Source: Leucoraja erinacea (Eukaryota). Taken from it: 64,000 nucleotides of DNA. Positions 34,393 through 47,579 of the stretch are shown here, in pieces. The notes under the pieces were generated by a model. That model was given only the letters and a program-made list of their open reading frames with translations, made no database searches and was not told the DNA's origin. The stretch spans positions 31,124,001 to 31,188,000 of the forward strand of contig NC_073381.1 in assembly GCF_028641065.1 (NCBI RefSeq), written 5' to 3'. The position numbers and the translations under genes are program-made. Position 1 is the stretch's first letter, and each line of letters begins with the position of its first letter.

Positions 34393-35949
34393 GTGTTGCC
34401 AAAGGTGATCCTGCTTAGACACCAAGAGATTCTCAAGTCGGTTGGTATAACTTTTAATCTCTAAATTGAACGCAGCTCCATGTGGATATGCAGAGGTATT
34501 CCACACATTTGGCAAAATCTCCAAGGCTCCAAATTGCTAAATATATAATTTTTGTAAATTGAGGAAATTCTACTAGGTGAAAACTGTTAACCCGAGGCAG
34601 AATTCATTAACCTTGACTCTCACTACTCCACTGACAGTCATTTAATTGGAGAGTTGCACATGGTGAACTCAAAATAATTTCCAAATTAAGTTTTGCAACA
34701 AGGAGAAAACAAACTATTCTGTTAACAAAATAAATTGGCACACGTGCCCAAATTATGCAATTGGAATTTTATATTTAGTTGCATAAGTGATGTTTTGAGT
34801 TACTTGATTTGAAGAATGCTTTGTTTGCATGTGCTCTTTATATTTTGCAGAGAGCTGTCATTGATGTGGGAGTCTGAACTATTCAGTGTAGTCGGCTCCA
34901 GAACTGCATCTGTTTTATACTCTGATTCAACAAGTTATTGCCTTGTTAGAAAAATTGTTGCCTGTTGTATGAAAGCTTTGTTTATTTTTGAATCGTTGCC
35001 AATTATTCTGATAATTTCCATGATTTGCATATTTAAAATTTAAATTATGAATCCAATGCAAAAGATTTTGTTAATGTTGACAGAATTTGTATGTCAGGTG
35101 GAATAATCCTACCAGTTGATGTAAAGAATGAATCTTGTGACAGCTGTAGTTTTGAATTTTCTACATAATCTAATGCATGCCTGATATCACAGGGAACTTC
35201 AATGGAAACAAAAGAGGAGAGTTTTACTGGAAAGATCTTTTTGAATACTAAAAAACATTTTTCTTTTAACGGACTTCAACAAATTTGGTTTAGGGTAGCC
35301 ATAGAAAATATATTGTATGTTTTTTAGAAATAAATTATTTAAAACCTACTCTCTAGTCTTTCGCAACAAAATGCTGGGTTGTGGGAGACACTGGTTTGGT
35401 ATAAAGTGAAGCTCCTGTTTCCAGACTTGGCAGATTATGTCTTGAATTATGGCCTTAAGGATCTTTTACCTTTATGGACAAATTGCCGTGTGCTGTTTAC
35501 ATTCCTTATAATTTTACAGCGAGGTGCACATGTTTATGATTCTCCAGATAGATGACTCCCCTGGAGTAGTTGAATTATTGTCTATATTTTTGCAATGCCT
35601 TTAGGCATTTTTTAAATATACAAAACTATGTATTTTCCTCTGGAATTGCATAATTGCAAGTGTTATTAAGACCGCTGTCTTTAAAAGGGCCTTGCCAAAC
35701 GGTTTGATGATTAACATGCTGCTTTTTAACAGAATAATACATGGCAGAATGTTGGTAATTAATGTGCTTATGTTCTATATTTTAACTTATTTTGTAAAAC
35801 CGCCAATTTTGTGGGAAAGAGGAAGGTGGTAATCTATCTGCCCTGAGATTAGGAAATAGATGTAGTTGGAACCATAAGGTTGACATTGAATTTGCCATTC
35901 ATCCCATTTAAGGTTTTAAACTAGTTGTGGAGACTTTGTGCTATGAAGT

Positions 35950-36230
35950 ACTTTAGAACATAGAATAGTACAACACAGAAACAGGTCCTTTGGCCCAAAA
36001 AGTCAATACGGAACGATGCCAATTTCAATGAATCTCCATTGCCTGTATGTGATCCATTTCCTTCCATTACCTGCATATACACATGCTATCCAAATGGCTC
36101 TTAATTTCCACTATGATATATGTGGCCACCACAACCCCAGGCAGCGTGTTGCAGGCACCCGCCAATTCTGTGTATGACAAGAAATCTTGCCCCGAGCATC
36201 AATAAACTTTACCGTTCTCGCATTAAAGGT
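35950..36230 (-). mobile_element. Old CR1-type 3' tail
   Basis: agaacatagaa tail, aacaggtcctttggccc and a degenerate 3' UTR. Confidence 0.6.
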
Positions 36231-36231
36231 T

Positions 36232-36547
36232 TGGAGTGACTCCGTTATTAAGCTGGTAGAGCTGCTGCCTCACAGCATCAGAGTCCCAGGTTAGATTATT
36301 CTGACCGCGAGCACTGTCTGTGGAGTTTACGCATTTTTCCTGTGTCCACATGGGTTTCCTCTGGGTGCTCTGGTTTCTTCCCACATCCCACAGTAGGTTT
36401 GTAGGTTAATTGACGTCTGTAAAATGTCTGTAGCTTGTAGGAGCGGATGCAAAAGTGGGATAACAGGAGTAGTGTGAATGGGTGATCAATGGTTGGTGGG
36501 GACTAGATGGGCTGAATAACCCTTTTCCATGCTGTATCTCTAAACTA
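36232..36547 (+). mobile_element. HE1-like V-SINE
   Basis: gctggtagagctgctgcctcacagc head, tgtggagttt...tgggtttcctctgggtgctctggtttc V-domain, tttccatgctgtatctctaaact tail. Confidence 0.8.
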
Positions 36548-36939
36548 CACTGAAAGGAAATGATTACGGTTCTAATATAAAAACATAAATTGCTGCAGAT
36601 ACTGGAAATACTCAGCGGGCGGGACTGCATCTGGCGAAAGAAACGGTTAAAATTTCCGTTTGATGGAAACTTTTTCTCTCTCCACAGATGCTGACTCTCA
36701 CTGAGTATTTACTGTTCCAGCTCTAATGCTTTGGGTAATAACTCCGGCAAACATGTCCTGCTCATGGCATAAAACACCAGTTCTTGCAGACATATTTTCA
36801 CAAAATTTGTTTTAAAGTTTTACCTAGTTTTACCGTGAAATTTATCAAATAAATTTGAAATGGGTTGTCATATCGGCATGCTGCTTGCGCGATAAAAGAG
36901 AAAAATATGACACCCTGACATCTTTGCATTCATTCATTA

Positions 36940-37320
36940 TCTTTGAAACATATAAGATTGTTGAGGGTTTGGACACGCTGGAGGCAGGAAACATGTTACC
37001 GATGTTGGGGGAGTCCAGAACCAGGGGCCACAGTTTAAGAATAAGGAGTAAGCCATTTAGAACGGAGACGATGAAACACTTTTATCTCACAGAGAGTGGT
37101 GAGTCTGTGGAATTCTCTGCCTCAGAGTGCGGTGGAGGCAGGTTCTCTGGATGCTTTCAAGAGAGAGCTAGATAGGGCTCTTAAAAATAGCGGAATCAGG
37201 GGATATGGGGAGAAGCAGGAATGGGGTACTGATTGGGGATGATCAGCCATGATCACAGTGAATGGCGGTGCTGACTCGAAGGGACGAATGGCCTACTCCT
37301 GCACCGATTGTCTATTGTCT
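36940..37320 (+). mobile_element. CR1 3' fragment ending ~130 bp before TRIB2 exon 3
   Basis: ETYKIVEGLDTLEAGNM..RTRGHSLRI and ttgtctattgtct tail. Confidence 0.9.
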
Positions 37321-37453
37321 TTGCATAAAGAAAGCCCTGCCTCTATGATATATTGATCTAGTGCGAAATATATGGTGTATGCATTGGACAGTCTGATGTT
37401 AACCTGGCAGAATTAATTAACTTTGACTCCCAATTTTTCTTCTTCTGTTGTAG

Positions 37454-37928
37454 GACACAAGTAAAATTGGAAAGCCTGGAGGATGCTTATATCTTGAACG
37501 GTGAAGATGACGCTCTTTCAGACAAGCACGGATGTCCGGCATATGTGAGCCCTGAGATTCTTAACACCAACGGCAGCTACTCTGGTAAGGCAGCTGACGT
37601 TTGGAGTCTAGGCGTGATGCTGTACACCATGCTTGTTGGACGGTATCCCTTCCATGATGTCGAGCCAGGTTCCCTCTTTAGCAAAATTCGTCGTGGCCAA
37701 TTTAACATTCCAGAAACGCTTACCCCACGGGCAAAATGCCTTATCCGTAGCATCTTACGTCGTGAGCCTTTGGAACGGCTAACGTCCCGGGAAATCTTGG
37801 ACCACCCGTGGTTTGCCTCTGATTTTGCAACTTCTAGTTCCGGATATGGTGCTAATGAGAAAGAAGTGGTTGATCAGCTGGTACCTGACATGAATATGGA
37901 CGTTGAGTTGGACCCATTTTTCAATTGA
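37454..37928 (+). CDS. TRIB2: Tribbles pseudokinase 2, coding exon 3
   Basis: Acceptor ttcttctgttgtag|. [10 protein letters not shown] (SLE replaces DFG), [25 protein letters not shown] (MEK-binding), DQLVPD (COP1-binding), DPFFN*. Joined CDS 1041 nt = 346 aa. Confidence 0.97.
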
Positions 37929-40600
37929 GTGCATCGATAGGTTGGATGTCATCGAGAAGATACAACACCTGGTACTCATCACCTGAAGGAATGCTTCCTG
38001 AATTACATAATGGTACCATGAATCAACATAGCTTGGTAGCAAACGTGGTGCAGACGTACTGTGACTTAAAATGACTATCAAAGTGGGACTTTAAAGATTT
38101 ACATGTAGCACAACTAATTAGGGGGTTCTGCTGTTAGATTGATTTTTATTTTGGAGGAAATGGCAGTGTAAAATGTTGCAGCTTCTCATCTCATGGAGCC
38201 AAGGAGAGCGCTGAATACTGCAGTGTAGGTAGTGGTGCAGTTCCTCACTCCATTTTATAAAGGTTGCAAATCACAATAAATAGAAACTTAATTAGCCTCG
38301 ACGCAATGTAATACATTGGCATCGCACTGTTAGATTATTTTCCTTCTCATTATTCAGGGAATGTACAATTCTCCTACAAGAGTCTCCTTAATTGTTTCTG
38401 ATGTTTTAACATTTTACTCAATGTGATTTGTAACAAGAAAAATTAGGTGCACATGAACCAACACGCAATGCGGGTGCTAAAAGGACAAGTTCTGCTTGTG
38501 TTTAATGTAGCTATTTTCATTATCTTCTGTATTTTTTTTTCCTAAATAAACTAAATATTCTTGTCAGAAAATGAGCGCCATGCTCTGTTCCCTTGGAGGG
38601 AATAACTTATCTGTTGTGTACAATACATTGCAGTTTGGCAGGAGCTATTCAAATGAAATGTCATCCATGTGACTTCACTGGTAGTGAAGTCCTTATGGCA
38701 AATATTCAGGGTTTGTTGTACTAGTACAAAGTAGTCTCCTACCTTTTTTCAGGTTAGTGTATTTATTTTTAATGTTTGTTCAGCCCCTTTTTTGCCCATC
38801 CCCTCCTTACACACACACACACAAAACAGTATTAATATTTAGTTTTTCATTTTATCTCCTCAGTGAATTTTCTCTTCGTTCAATCATTCTGGGTAATAAT
38901 GTCATGACCTGTGCAGAGGTATAGACGTGAAGTTAAGCTATACTAGTCTTTTTCTTTTTTTTTAATTCTTGCCCTTTAAGATCAATCGAACTTCATGGTA
39001 ATACTATTTTCCTTAAAGTGAGTGCACACTCGGTGCTTAGTAAAATTGTCACAAAATGACATGTAATTGTTAGCATTATTGCATCTTATTTTGGGATTGA
39101 CAAAAGAGCAAACCCTTAAACTTCACACATTTCTTTCAAGTTGGTGGGCAGGGCAACTGCAAAAAGAGTAAACATTTACTTTGTCCACAGAAATAATTTG
39201 CTGGTCCTGTCCTGCAGCAAACATTGGATATCTGACATGAAACCAGGACTAAGAATAGCTATGTGTGTATCTTAGCACACATAATTGAATTATATCACAA
39301 TACAGATGTTTTGCTGCTTGCACAAGTGAATGGGAGGATGTGGTTACCAGCTGAGTGCTCTGTACCAAGGCATGATTCTGTGCGGTTTAATGAATCTTGA
39401 AACTCCCTCTTGGATTGGATATCTGGTCTTTTCTGGCAATTCCAGCTCTTTGTTTTCAAAAACAAAATTGAATTAACTGAGTTACATCTTAAATATTAAT
39501 TTATTAAATTTGTTTGTCAGAATTTTCTGTTAGTTCAATATTGGGCTTCCATAATTTTTGATAATATATTTGGTGTCTGGGACAGACTGACCACGAATAT
39601 CTTCCATTGTTAAAGAGTCCATCTGTAAAGTAATCTTCTCGCATTAAGTCCAGCATCATACTGTAAAAGCACCAGATATTCATGACTGTTTTTAATATTT
39701 ATCATGAAGGCATTGTGTGCCTAGATTAAATTTTGTAAAGATGTTGGAATATGGTACTTTGACAATTTGGTAACTTTTAGTCTTACTACCCATGGTCAAA
39801 CTATTGTGAAAATAAAATGTGACCACTTACAAAGCATTATATTCAATACAAGCACATTCATGGGCCTATAAAGATAAACTAATGGGTTCAAATTAATCCA
39901 TGCCTACTTAATGTATTGCAAACCCTGAATAGGTTGTAGGTTTTTTTTTATTTTTAGTTTGTCAGATTACTTTCCTTCTGCTTTCGAATTGCTCAATATT
40001 AGGAATCTTTTACCTTGCATTCTTTCCTCTCCCCCCCCCCCCCCAGCACCCCGAGCCCACCCTCCAACCCCCGTGTTGTCTCCAGTTTGATTACTGCCTG
40101 TACCAGTTCTGTGAAATGGTCATGTTCTTGCGTAGGTATGCGTGGACTCTGTAGTACGTATCTGTTAACTTGAATTTGTGCTTTTATAGTATGTTGCATG
40201 TACGTACAGCTACTTGACCTATTTGGCTTATGGATGCTTTTGCCTGCATTACAGGAGAGCTTGTATATGCCAATTAAAAACACAGAAGAGAATGATTAAA
40301 TAAAGTTCTCCTGGAAAGGGTGGGGGGGGGGGGGGGGGGGGGGACTGCAGCTGATCTGCCAAGAGTTAATTTTTTTTAAATCACAAGAAAATGGGAGTGA
40401 ATTCGTATTTGCTCTATGGATGGTGCTATGCTGAGAAGGACTACTTTGTTTTAAATTCAAGTGGAAGGGGAACAGAGGAGACTGCATGGTGGGTTTTACT
40501 GCCTCTGGTGTTTTGATTGTATTGTATTTGGTTTGATGTTTTGTCCTAATCTTTTCCTTCAGTAAATAAATCGTGAATTGCACAATTAACTGAGTGCTGC
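37929..40600 (+). other. Probable TRIB2 3' UTR (~2.6 kb)
   Basis: AT-rich, no recognisable TE. AATAAA at 38275, 39811, 40299 and 40565; the last is followed by GT/T-rich sequence and then TE remnants. Confidence 0.55.
40565..40570 (+). terminator. Candidate distal polyadenylation signal
   Basis: AATAAA with an upstream U-rich/UGUA context and a downstream GU/U-rich tract (40600-40645). Confidence 0.55.
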
Positions 40601-42520
40601 TGTTTCTTCTGGAAGTGTATATGTGGAATTTTTAACCTTTTTTTGTGACCAAACAGTGGAAATGTTCCTTAAAGTGCAAATCTCCAGGCACTTGCTTGAA
40701 ATCTGAAACACAAAGAATGATGGAAGCGCTCAGCAGGTCAAGTGGCATTCAACCCACTGAGAAAAGCTGAATCATCATTTCTGGTCAAGAGCCTTTAATG
40801 TGAGAACTGGAAAAGTAAGAAAGCAAACATGTTTTAAGTTGCAGAGGGGGGAGAATGGTGAAAAGGAGAGGCAATGTTTATGATTGGATGCAGACCAAAG
40901 TTGTCAACGTAACTTGGTTTATAAACTAGCACTCGGAACAAATGATGAGGAGTTGCAGCCGAATTGTAGACAACAAAGGCAAAGATCATATTATTACACT
41001 CTATATAAAGTCCCAAGAGTTGTAACAGGCCTTCTCAGAAGACGAGGTGCTGCCCAAACTTGTGCAGCCAGATATGTAATCAATTTGCAACATGCTTTTA
41101 TGTTCTGTTGTTTCTGAGTTTCCAGTTGCCTCACTTCAATTCTCTAGTTCACCCCTACTCTGATCTCTTCTCTCCTGCATTTTACATCGCACCAATGTAA
41201 GATTGGTGAACAGTGCCTCATCTTTCAACTATACCTATTCTGGCTGTGCATTTGTTCTGGGTTTTTTTTTAATTTCTCAACATTTGTCATTTATTCTACA
41301 ACATGCTTTTTAAAGTAATTGTGACCTTGATAACTTTGCTCCCAGCCTGTTGCACACATTCCCTATGTTCTTTTCCAGCCATTTCACCTCTGCAACTTAA
41401 ATCAAGCCTGTGATCCCGTTTTTCTGCACTGAGGAAGAGCCCATGTTAGACCTCGCTTCTCTTCCCCCAGTTGACTGGTCTCTGATGGCTATGATCTTTG
41501 ACTGTTAGGGTGATAGGTGATAAAGAACTAAAAGGATATCTGTGTAGATTTGAGTGACTGGGCTACACGTGCCCACTTGATCTTAAGCATTTCATCTCGG
41601 CTGAGATAATGCTACCCTTGCTGTGTTCATGAAACTTGCATTTAATTTACCTGTAATGTATTACTCCTATTTATTGAACTTTGGGGATTCAGAAACTAGA
41701 ATTGTAAAATGCCTTGTATTAACTTGCCATTATTTTTTTTCCCCTTTTGTCCTCCTTCCAAGGCAATCCCTCTCCATTTAAATAAAAGCAGATCAAGTTC
41801 CATTGTACTTTCTGCTAAAGGTAATTTCATCATTGTAACATTTAAACTTCTGCGGCTTTAAAATTTGATAAGAATCTTTGGTTAAGCCAATGTATACTGG
41901 CAAGAAATGGGTTACTGTAACTGACTCATCCTATTGTAATTTGTAGTGAGCTCCACTAAAATTTCAAGAGACGGACTACTTAGATAAAATTGTTATGTCC
42001 ATATCAGTGTTCACATATCTCGAGTGTCTACTGCAGAGGCTTGAATTCCATATTAGGGCAAACCATGTTAAAGACCAGATTAAGGTAGCACTTGACCTGT
42101 AAAGTCATTTTCATCAATCGTGGCATGGGAAATTTCCCAGGCCAACTCCAGTCAACATCTGAATCCTCTTGATGGGCAGATTATATAGTGCAGTGGATGA
42201 GGGAGCAATGGAAATTCTGGCTGATGCCAATGCATCAGTCCTGGGTTTTTTTTATTGTTCGACTGCCAGGCGAACAGATGGGTTCTTTGGTCCTGGATGA
42301 AATCTCTAACCGCTTGCTCTAGATCAGAGACTTGCATTGTTTTGAAATCGTCTTTTTTCTGCCCTTGCCAACACACCTTGGTGAATTTCTGGAGTCTGCT
42401 GCATGGGCATTAATGAGATTTGGGTGACCTGTTAATGCATTTCTGAAAACCGTTGCCCATCTCGTATGTTGGGGCTTGACTACACAACATTTTCCGTCCC
42501 CAGCCCTGATTGGAACCTAA

Positions 42521-43210
42521 AAGGGCTGTCCCACTTGGGCGACCTAATCTGCGAGTTTAGAAGAGTGTCTTCGACCTTCAAACTCGCAGCATGGTCGACA
42601 CGTGGTCCTAGGAAGTCCTATGAGGTCGTTGGAACTCTCTTTCATGCTCGAGGGAAGTTCCCGAATACGCGTGCCCTGAGCTAGGTCGCGGAAAATTTTT
42701 CAGCATGTTGAAAAATTTTCCACGAGTAAAATTTGGTCGGCATGGCTCTTTTTGACTCGTAGTGCAGTGGAGTGGGGTTGCTATTTAGTTACTGGCAGTC
42801 GAGGGCAGCCATAGGCAATCTCCTTCGCTGACTGGGCATTTTGATGGCTCATTGGAGTTTTCAGGTCCAAGGCAAACCTACCGGTAGGTAAAATGCCCGC
42901 TAACCTTTATTATACTTCTTAAAAGTGTCTTCTCCCCCTTTCTCTTCTCCCCCCCCCCCCCCCCCAACCCCTCTCTAAAGGACTTGCTGTACACCGTGGC
43001 AGCCGTTTACCTTCCTCTTCATCGTACAGACAGCGCTCCCCCGCTTTCCCTGGCCCCCGCCTTTGCGGTGTGTGTGCGCGGTCGGTCGATTCAGCTCGCG
43101 GTTTCAAATCGGACGGTCGATGCAGCTCGAGGCTTTCCAGGCGAGTGCCCTCGAGCTTGAAGGTCGAAGACACTCTTCTTAACTCGCAGATTAGGAGTGG
43201 GAAAGCCCCT
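42521..43210. mobile_element. PIF/Harbinger-type MITE
   Basis: TAA TSD on both sides. Termini aagggctgtcccact / agtgggaaagcccct with a ~45 bp subterminal inverted repeat. Confidence 0.8.
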
Positions 43211-43449
43211 TAACAGCAATCTTTCATTATGGCTACTTTGATCATCTTGTCCAAATCACATTTAATAAATCCAAATTTTGTAGGCATTTGTCTTTTTTAA
43301 AAAGCTGAATTTTAAAATGTAGTTATTGTCATTTTTTACTTTGTACTGATGACATACCATAAGTTTTTGCCCTTTTTAGTTTTTTTGTCAAGTATTTATG
43401 TTTCCCCAGTTGATGGGTCACTGATGGCTATCTGAAAGTCTAAGACCAT

Positions 43450-43710
43450 TTTTAGTTTGGTTTATTATTGTCACGTGTACCGAGGCACAGTGAATATCTT
43501 TTTGTTGCATGCTACCCAGTCAGTGAAAAGACTATATATGATTCCAATCAAGCCATCCACAGTGTACAGATACAGGAAAAAGAGTATGACATTGATGCAA
43601 GGTAAAATCAAATTAAGGATAGTCAGAGGTCTCCAGTGGATGGGTGGTCCGGACCACTCCCGTTGTTGGGAGAGTGATTTGGTTACCTGATAACAGCTGG
43701 GAAGAAACTT
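43450..43710 (-). mobile_element. LINE/SINE 3' tail (Rex1-like)
   Basis: Minus strand ttcactgtgcctcggtacacgtgacaataataaaccaaact. Confidence 0.55.
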
Positions 43711-44289
43711 GTTTATCTACATGAAGAGTACTCATGGTACTTACTGTACTATGGGATATCTATTTTTGCATCTTGGTGAACATTGGTATCACCAACATAA
43801 CAAACCCATAGCCTCAATAACACCGTTGAAATTATTTGTATTGCCATTGCCAGATTAAAAAAATAAATTTTGTGAACCCTTCCCAGCCATATTGGTTAAG
43901 TTATTGCTCCACTTCATGCTTCCAATATTTTATCTGCTATTAACGTCAGGCTAATGGTACGTCAATTGCCAAGGTCAAATTTATCATCCCTTTTAAAAAT
44001 AAGGTGTGCTCCTAGTTGTCTTGTAGAATTTTAACAATGTCCAGTGCTTCCTACATGATGAATATGTCCCACATATTTCATTCATAATCCTCATTAGCAC
44101 CCTTTGATATGTAATCGGGTCAAAGCTTTTTTTAAATCATCACAGTAAGAGATTACATCATGGAAGGCGACCATTCAACCTCTTGAATCTATGCATAAGT
44201 AAATCAGATACAGGTGCACAACCTTTTATCCGAAAGCCTTCGGACCAGGCACTTTTCGTAATTCGGAATTTTTCGGCTTTCGGATTGGA

Positions 44290-45108
44290 GTAGGCGGCAC
44301 GACTCTCGTCAGCAGCGGGTTCTGCAGCCCGTCCGCGTCTTTATTCTTTTTTGTCTATGTTTCTATGTAGTTTTTGTTATTTTTTGTTGGGGTATGTGTG
44401 TGGGGGGGTGGGAGGGAGGGGGTAACTTTTAAATCTCTCCCTGCACGGGAGACCCGACCTTTCCTTGTCGGGTCTTCGTTGTCGTTGGGGCTGCAACGAG
44501 GAGCCGCCTCCAACAGGAGAAGACCGGGGACTCTGGTGCCGACGACTCACCGTCACCGTCGCGGAGCTGGCCGAGTCCAGAGCGGGTGGAGCGGTGGTGG
44601 AGCGCTGCTGCTGCTGCGGCCCGACCTCCGGAGATTCGGAGGCTGCAACTGCGGGTCTGGCGGACGGCGGCACCGGGAGCCCGCGGTTCCTGGAGGGAGA
44701 CCGTTTTTCAGGGCGCTCGCAACGGCGACTTCTCCCGCCAGAGTTGCGTGGGTTTAAGAGCTCCTGGAGCGGGGCCTCGCATCACCGCCCCTCGCGGCTT
44801 GGAATGGCCGCGGGACTCTGCGAGCGCCCGCCGGGGGCTCTAACACCAAGACCCGGTGTGCGACCTTGCACCACCCGGCGTGGCTTTAATGGCCGCGGGA
44901 CAATCGCCATCGCCAGCCGGGGGCTTTGACTTTGACTCAGTGCAGTGGAGAGATAAGTTTTTTTGGCCTTCCATCACAGCGATGTGATGGATGTTTATGT
45001 AAATTATGTTGTGTATTGGGTCTATTTGTTTGTAATGTATGGCTGCAGAAACGGCATTTCGTTTAGACCTCAAGGGGTCCAAATGACAATTAAATTGAAT
45101 CTTGAATC
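44290..45108 (+). mobile_element. GC-rich structured non-autonomous retroposon (copy B)
   Basis: TSD ttgga (44285-44289 / 45109-45113). Hairpins 44448-44477 and 44971-44990. Tail aatgacaattaaa(ttgaatc)n. Confidence 0.82.
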
Positions 45109-45132
45109 TTGGAAGATTTTTAGCGTAGATTT

Positions 45133-45208
45133 TAACGGCTGGCTCAGTGGTAGAGTGCTCGGCTCATATCCGCAAGGTCGCGAATTTGCGCCTCGATCCC
45201 GGCAGTTA
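45133..45208 (+). pseudogene. tRNA-like (CAT anticodon) sequence within the MITE
   Basis: Acceptor taacggc/gcagtta (6 of 7 pairs), D-arm gctc-agtggta-gagt, loop ctCATat, aggtc variable loop, degenerate T-arm/B box. Confidence 0.6.
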
Positions 45209-46677
45209 CTCGATCGCGAGTTTGAGTCTTCAATGGAGTTTTTTCTTGCAGAATAGGGAGGGTTAGGCTGGGATCATTCTCTGCGAGATAATCTTAGTGC
45301 GGGAGACAAGTATAGGAGAGGTGTACTGACTGTGTGGGCAGAACTTTGGAAGTGATTGCCCACCATTCTCAAAAGCCGCTGTGTCTCCCTGTCCCTCCAA
45401 CTCCAGAGGAATCCGCTCCCCGATGGGCCGCTACGGTGACAAGTGGCATTTCGCCCACAGCCCGAGCTGCGCCACCCCAAGAACAAGACGTACCTTGCAC
45501 ACCATCAGCTTCTGCCCCTACGGGAAGCGTGTTCCTCTGGAGTTGGATCGGGGCTGGGCTGCTGCTGGCTGTGGGTCTCTGGGATCTCCGTGCTTGCAGT
45601 GGGCCTGGGGGTCGGTGTCCCGTTGGTCCTGACGTCTCCGGTGACTGGCATTGTATGCTGGCATCGCCGACGTGAAGACAGTGCAAAGCCCCCGCGCCGG
45701 TGTAATGGGCGGGGAACTGGAGAGGGGAGGGAAGGGCTCACACACATGGCCGGGAAGCAGAGGGGTGTAGGTGGGGTGAAACTGAAGGGAGCGACAATCT
45801 GCTGCTGCCTGCCAGCTGAGTTAAAACATTCCCACGCAAGACTCACGATACACTGTGTATTGTGAGTCTACCGTGGGAACTTTTTAACTCGGTGGGTAGG
45901 CAGCAGCAGATTGTCAATTATTAACCCTCCCGCGCAATATACCCTCACCTCTTTTATGAATGGGGATTTAGTTCCCCTTTCTTCGAGGACCGACCAGAGG
46001 TTCCGTTGTCACCTCTGCGGGCCGCCCTCGGTAAACGTCTTCAAGGACTGAAAAAATGTCCGCTATTCGGAGCTTTTCGTTATTTGGATCTTCGGATAAA
46101 AGGTTGTGCACCTGTAGTAACATTCCCATGTATCACACTCCCACACACCCCTGTGTCGGCCACTGCCAATATTTTTTTCCTTTCAGGTATTTTGTACGTC
46201 ACTGTTGAATCTGGCTAATAATCTTAAACCAATAATTCAGTTCTCTTGATCACATTGCATGAATAAAGTTGTTTTTCATTGTTTTTTTGCCAATCGTCTT
46301 TGTTTGTTTTGTGGTAGAACCACAAGAACCTCTCCCCATTTTTGACGTTAAAATCTAAGAATTCAGAGTAAAATAAAAATTGGATTGTAATATTATTTTC
46401 TGTTTTACGTCATTAGAAAATAAAAACAATCCATCTTTGAATTCATTGATTTTTTTTTTTTTGCTGTAAAGAAAACTTATTTCCATCTCTCCTGATAGTT
46501 TACCAAAGGTCATTTAAAACTGAAAAACATTGGTTGGTATTAATGGTGTAGGAATAACTGAAGCCCAGAACAACCTCCACCTCGAGGCAAGATAGCACTG
46601 AAAATGTGACCAATTGTTGATGCAATTTTCACAAAACCAGGACAAATCAAAATTACTGTCCAGTCAGTCTACTCTTA

Positions 46678-46836
46678 AGGGCCTGTCCCATATGGGCCTC
46701 ATTTGCATGTCACGCAGGTGGCGCGCAAAGATACGCCACCACGCTTCACCACAGGCCATGCACGCGTAATGCACTGCGTGTGCGTCACGACGCATAAATT
46801 ATGTTGCATAAATGACGCCCAAATGGGACAGGCCCT
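46678..46836. mobile_element. Short PIF/Harbinger-type MITE
   Basis: TTA TSD. TIR agggcctgtccca / tgggacaggccct, related to 42521-43210. Confidence 0.85.
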
Positions 46837-47579
46837 TTAATTATCAGCACAACAAATGGAAGGAGTTAACAGTGCTATCAAACAGCTCGCTAACAATCTG
46901 ATGTCCAGTTTGGATTTCATCAGGACAACTCAACATCAGATAACATGACAGCCTTGGTTCAAATGTGGATCAAAGAGCTAAATTCTAGAAATAAGATTAA
47001 TAATCAAATACTGCATGATGTTCAGGGCAGGTGTACAATCAAAGGGTCCAATAAAAGTAAAGACAATGGCATCAGAGGAGTCGTACTTTGCACAAAGGTT
47101 ATTCCTAAATGGGGCAGTTTGATGGTATAAAATCTTGAGAAAATTATCTAACTCTACTTTAAAAACTTCTAGTTTATAAACTAGCCTCCACAACTCTACC
47201 TTCCATGAAAAGAAATTTTGACCAAACTCAGGTTGAAATCATTGGTCTCTAATCTTGTTACTCTACCCAGTAGGGCCGTTCCCAGGAAAAGATAGGGTTC
47301 TGTTTTTACAGTTAATTAATCTATTTTGGCAATAAATCTGAAAATAAACAAAAATCTCTCAATTGTATTCATCCCTGACAGTATTGTTATTAATGGCACC
47401 AAAAGCACATAAAACGGATTTGAAAGAAATGACAGTGGAGAGGGAGAAGAATCTAGTTCTGCCATTCATAGGAATGAACTATGGATGCGTTATGGATTTT
47501 TGAATTTAATAATGTTACAGGAGCCCGTTCGTATGTCATCGTGTCCCTACATCAGGCTTTCGTAACACGGATATTTTTA

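Larger units (their letters stand above)
44211..46114. mobile_element. Tc1/mariner(pogo)-type non-autonomous DNA transposon
   Basis: Perfect 24-bp TIR caggtgcacaaccttttatccgaa (44211-44234 / 46091-46114) flanked by TA. No transposase. Confidence 0.9.

Noticed and set aside
38460-38750. Possible miR-99/100 (tgcgggt) and let-7 (ctacct) sites in the 3' UTR
   Set aside because: Neither is a canonical seed match.
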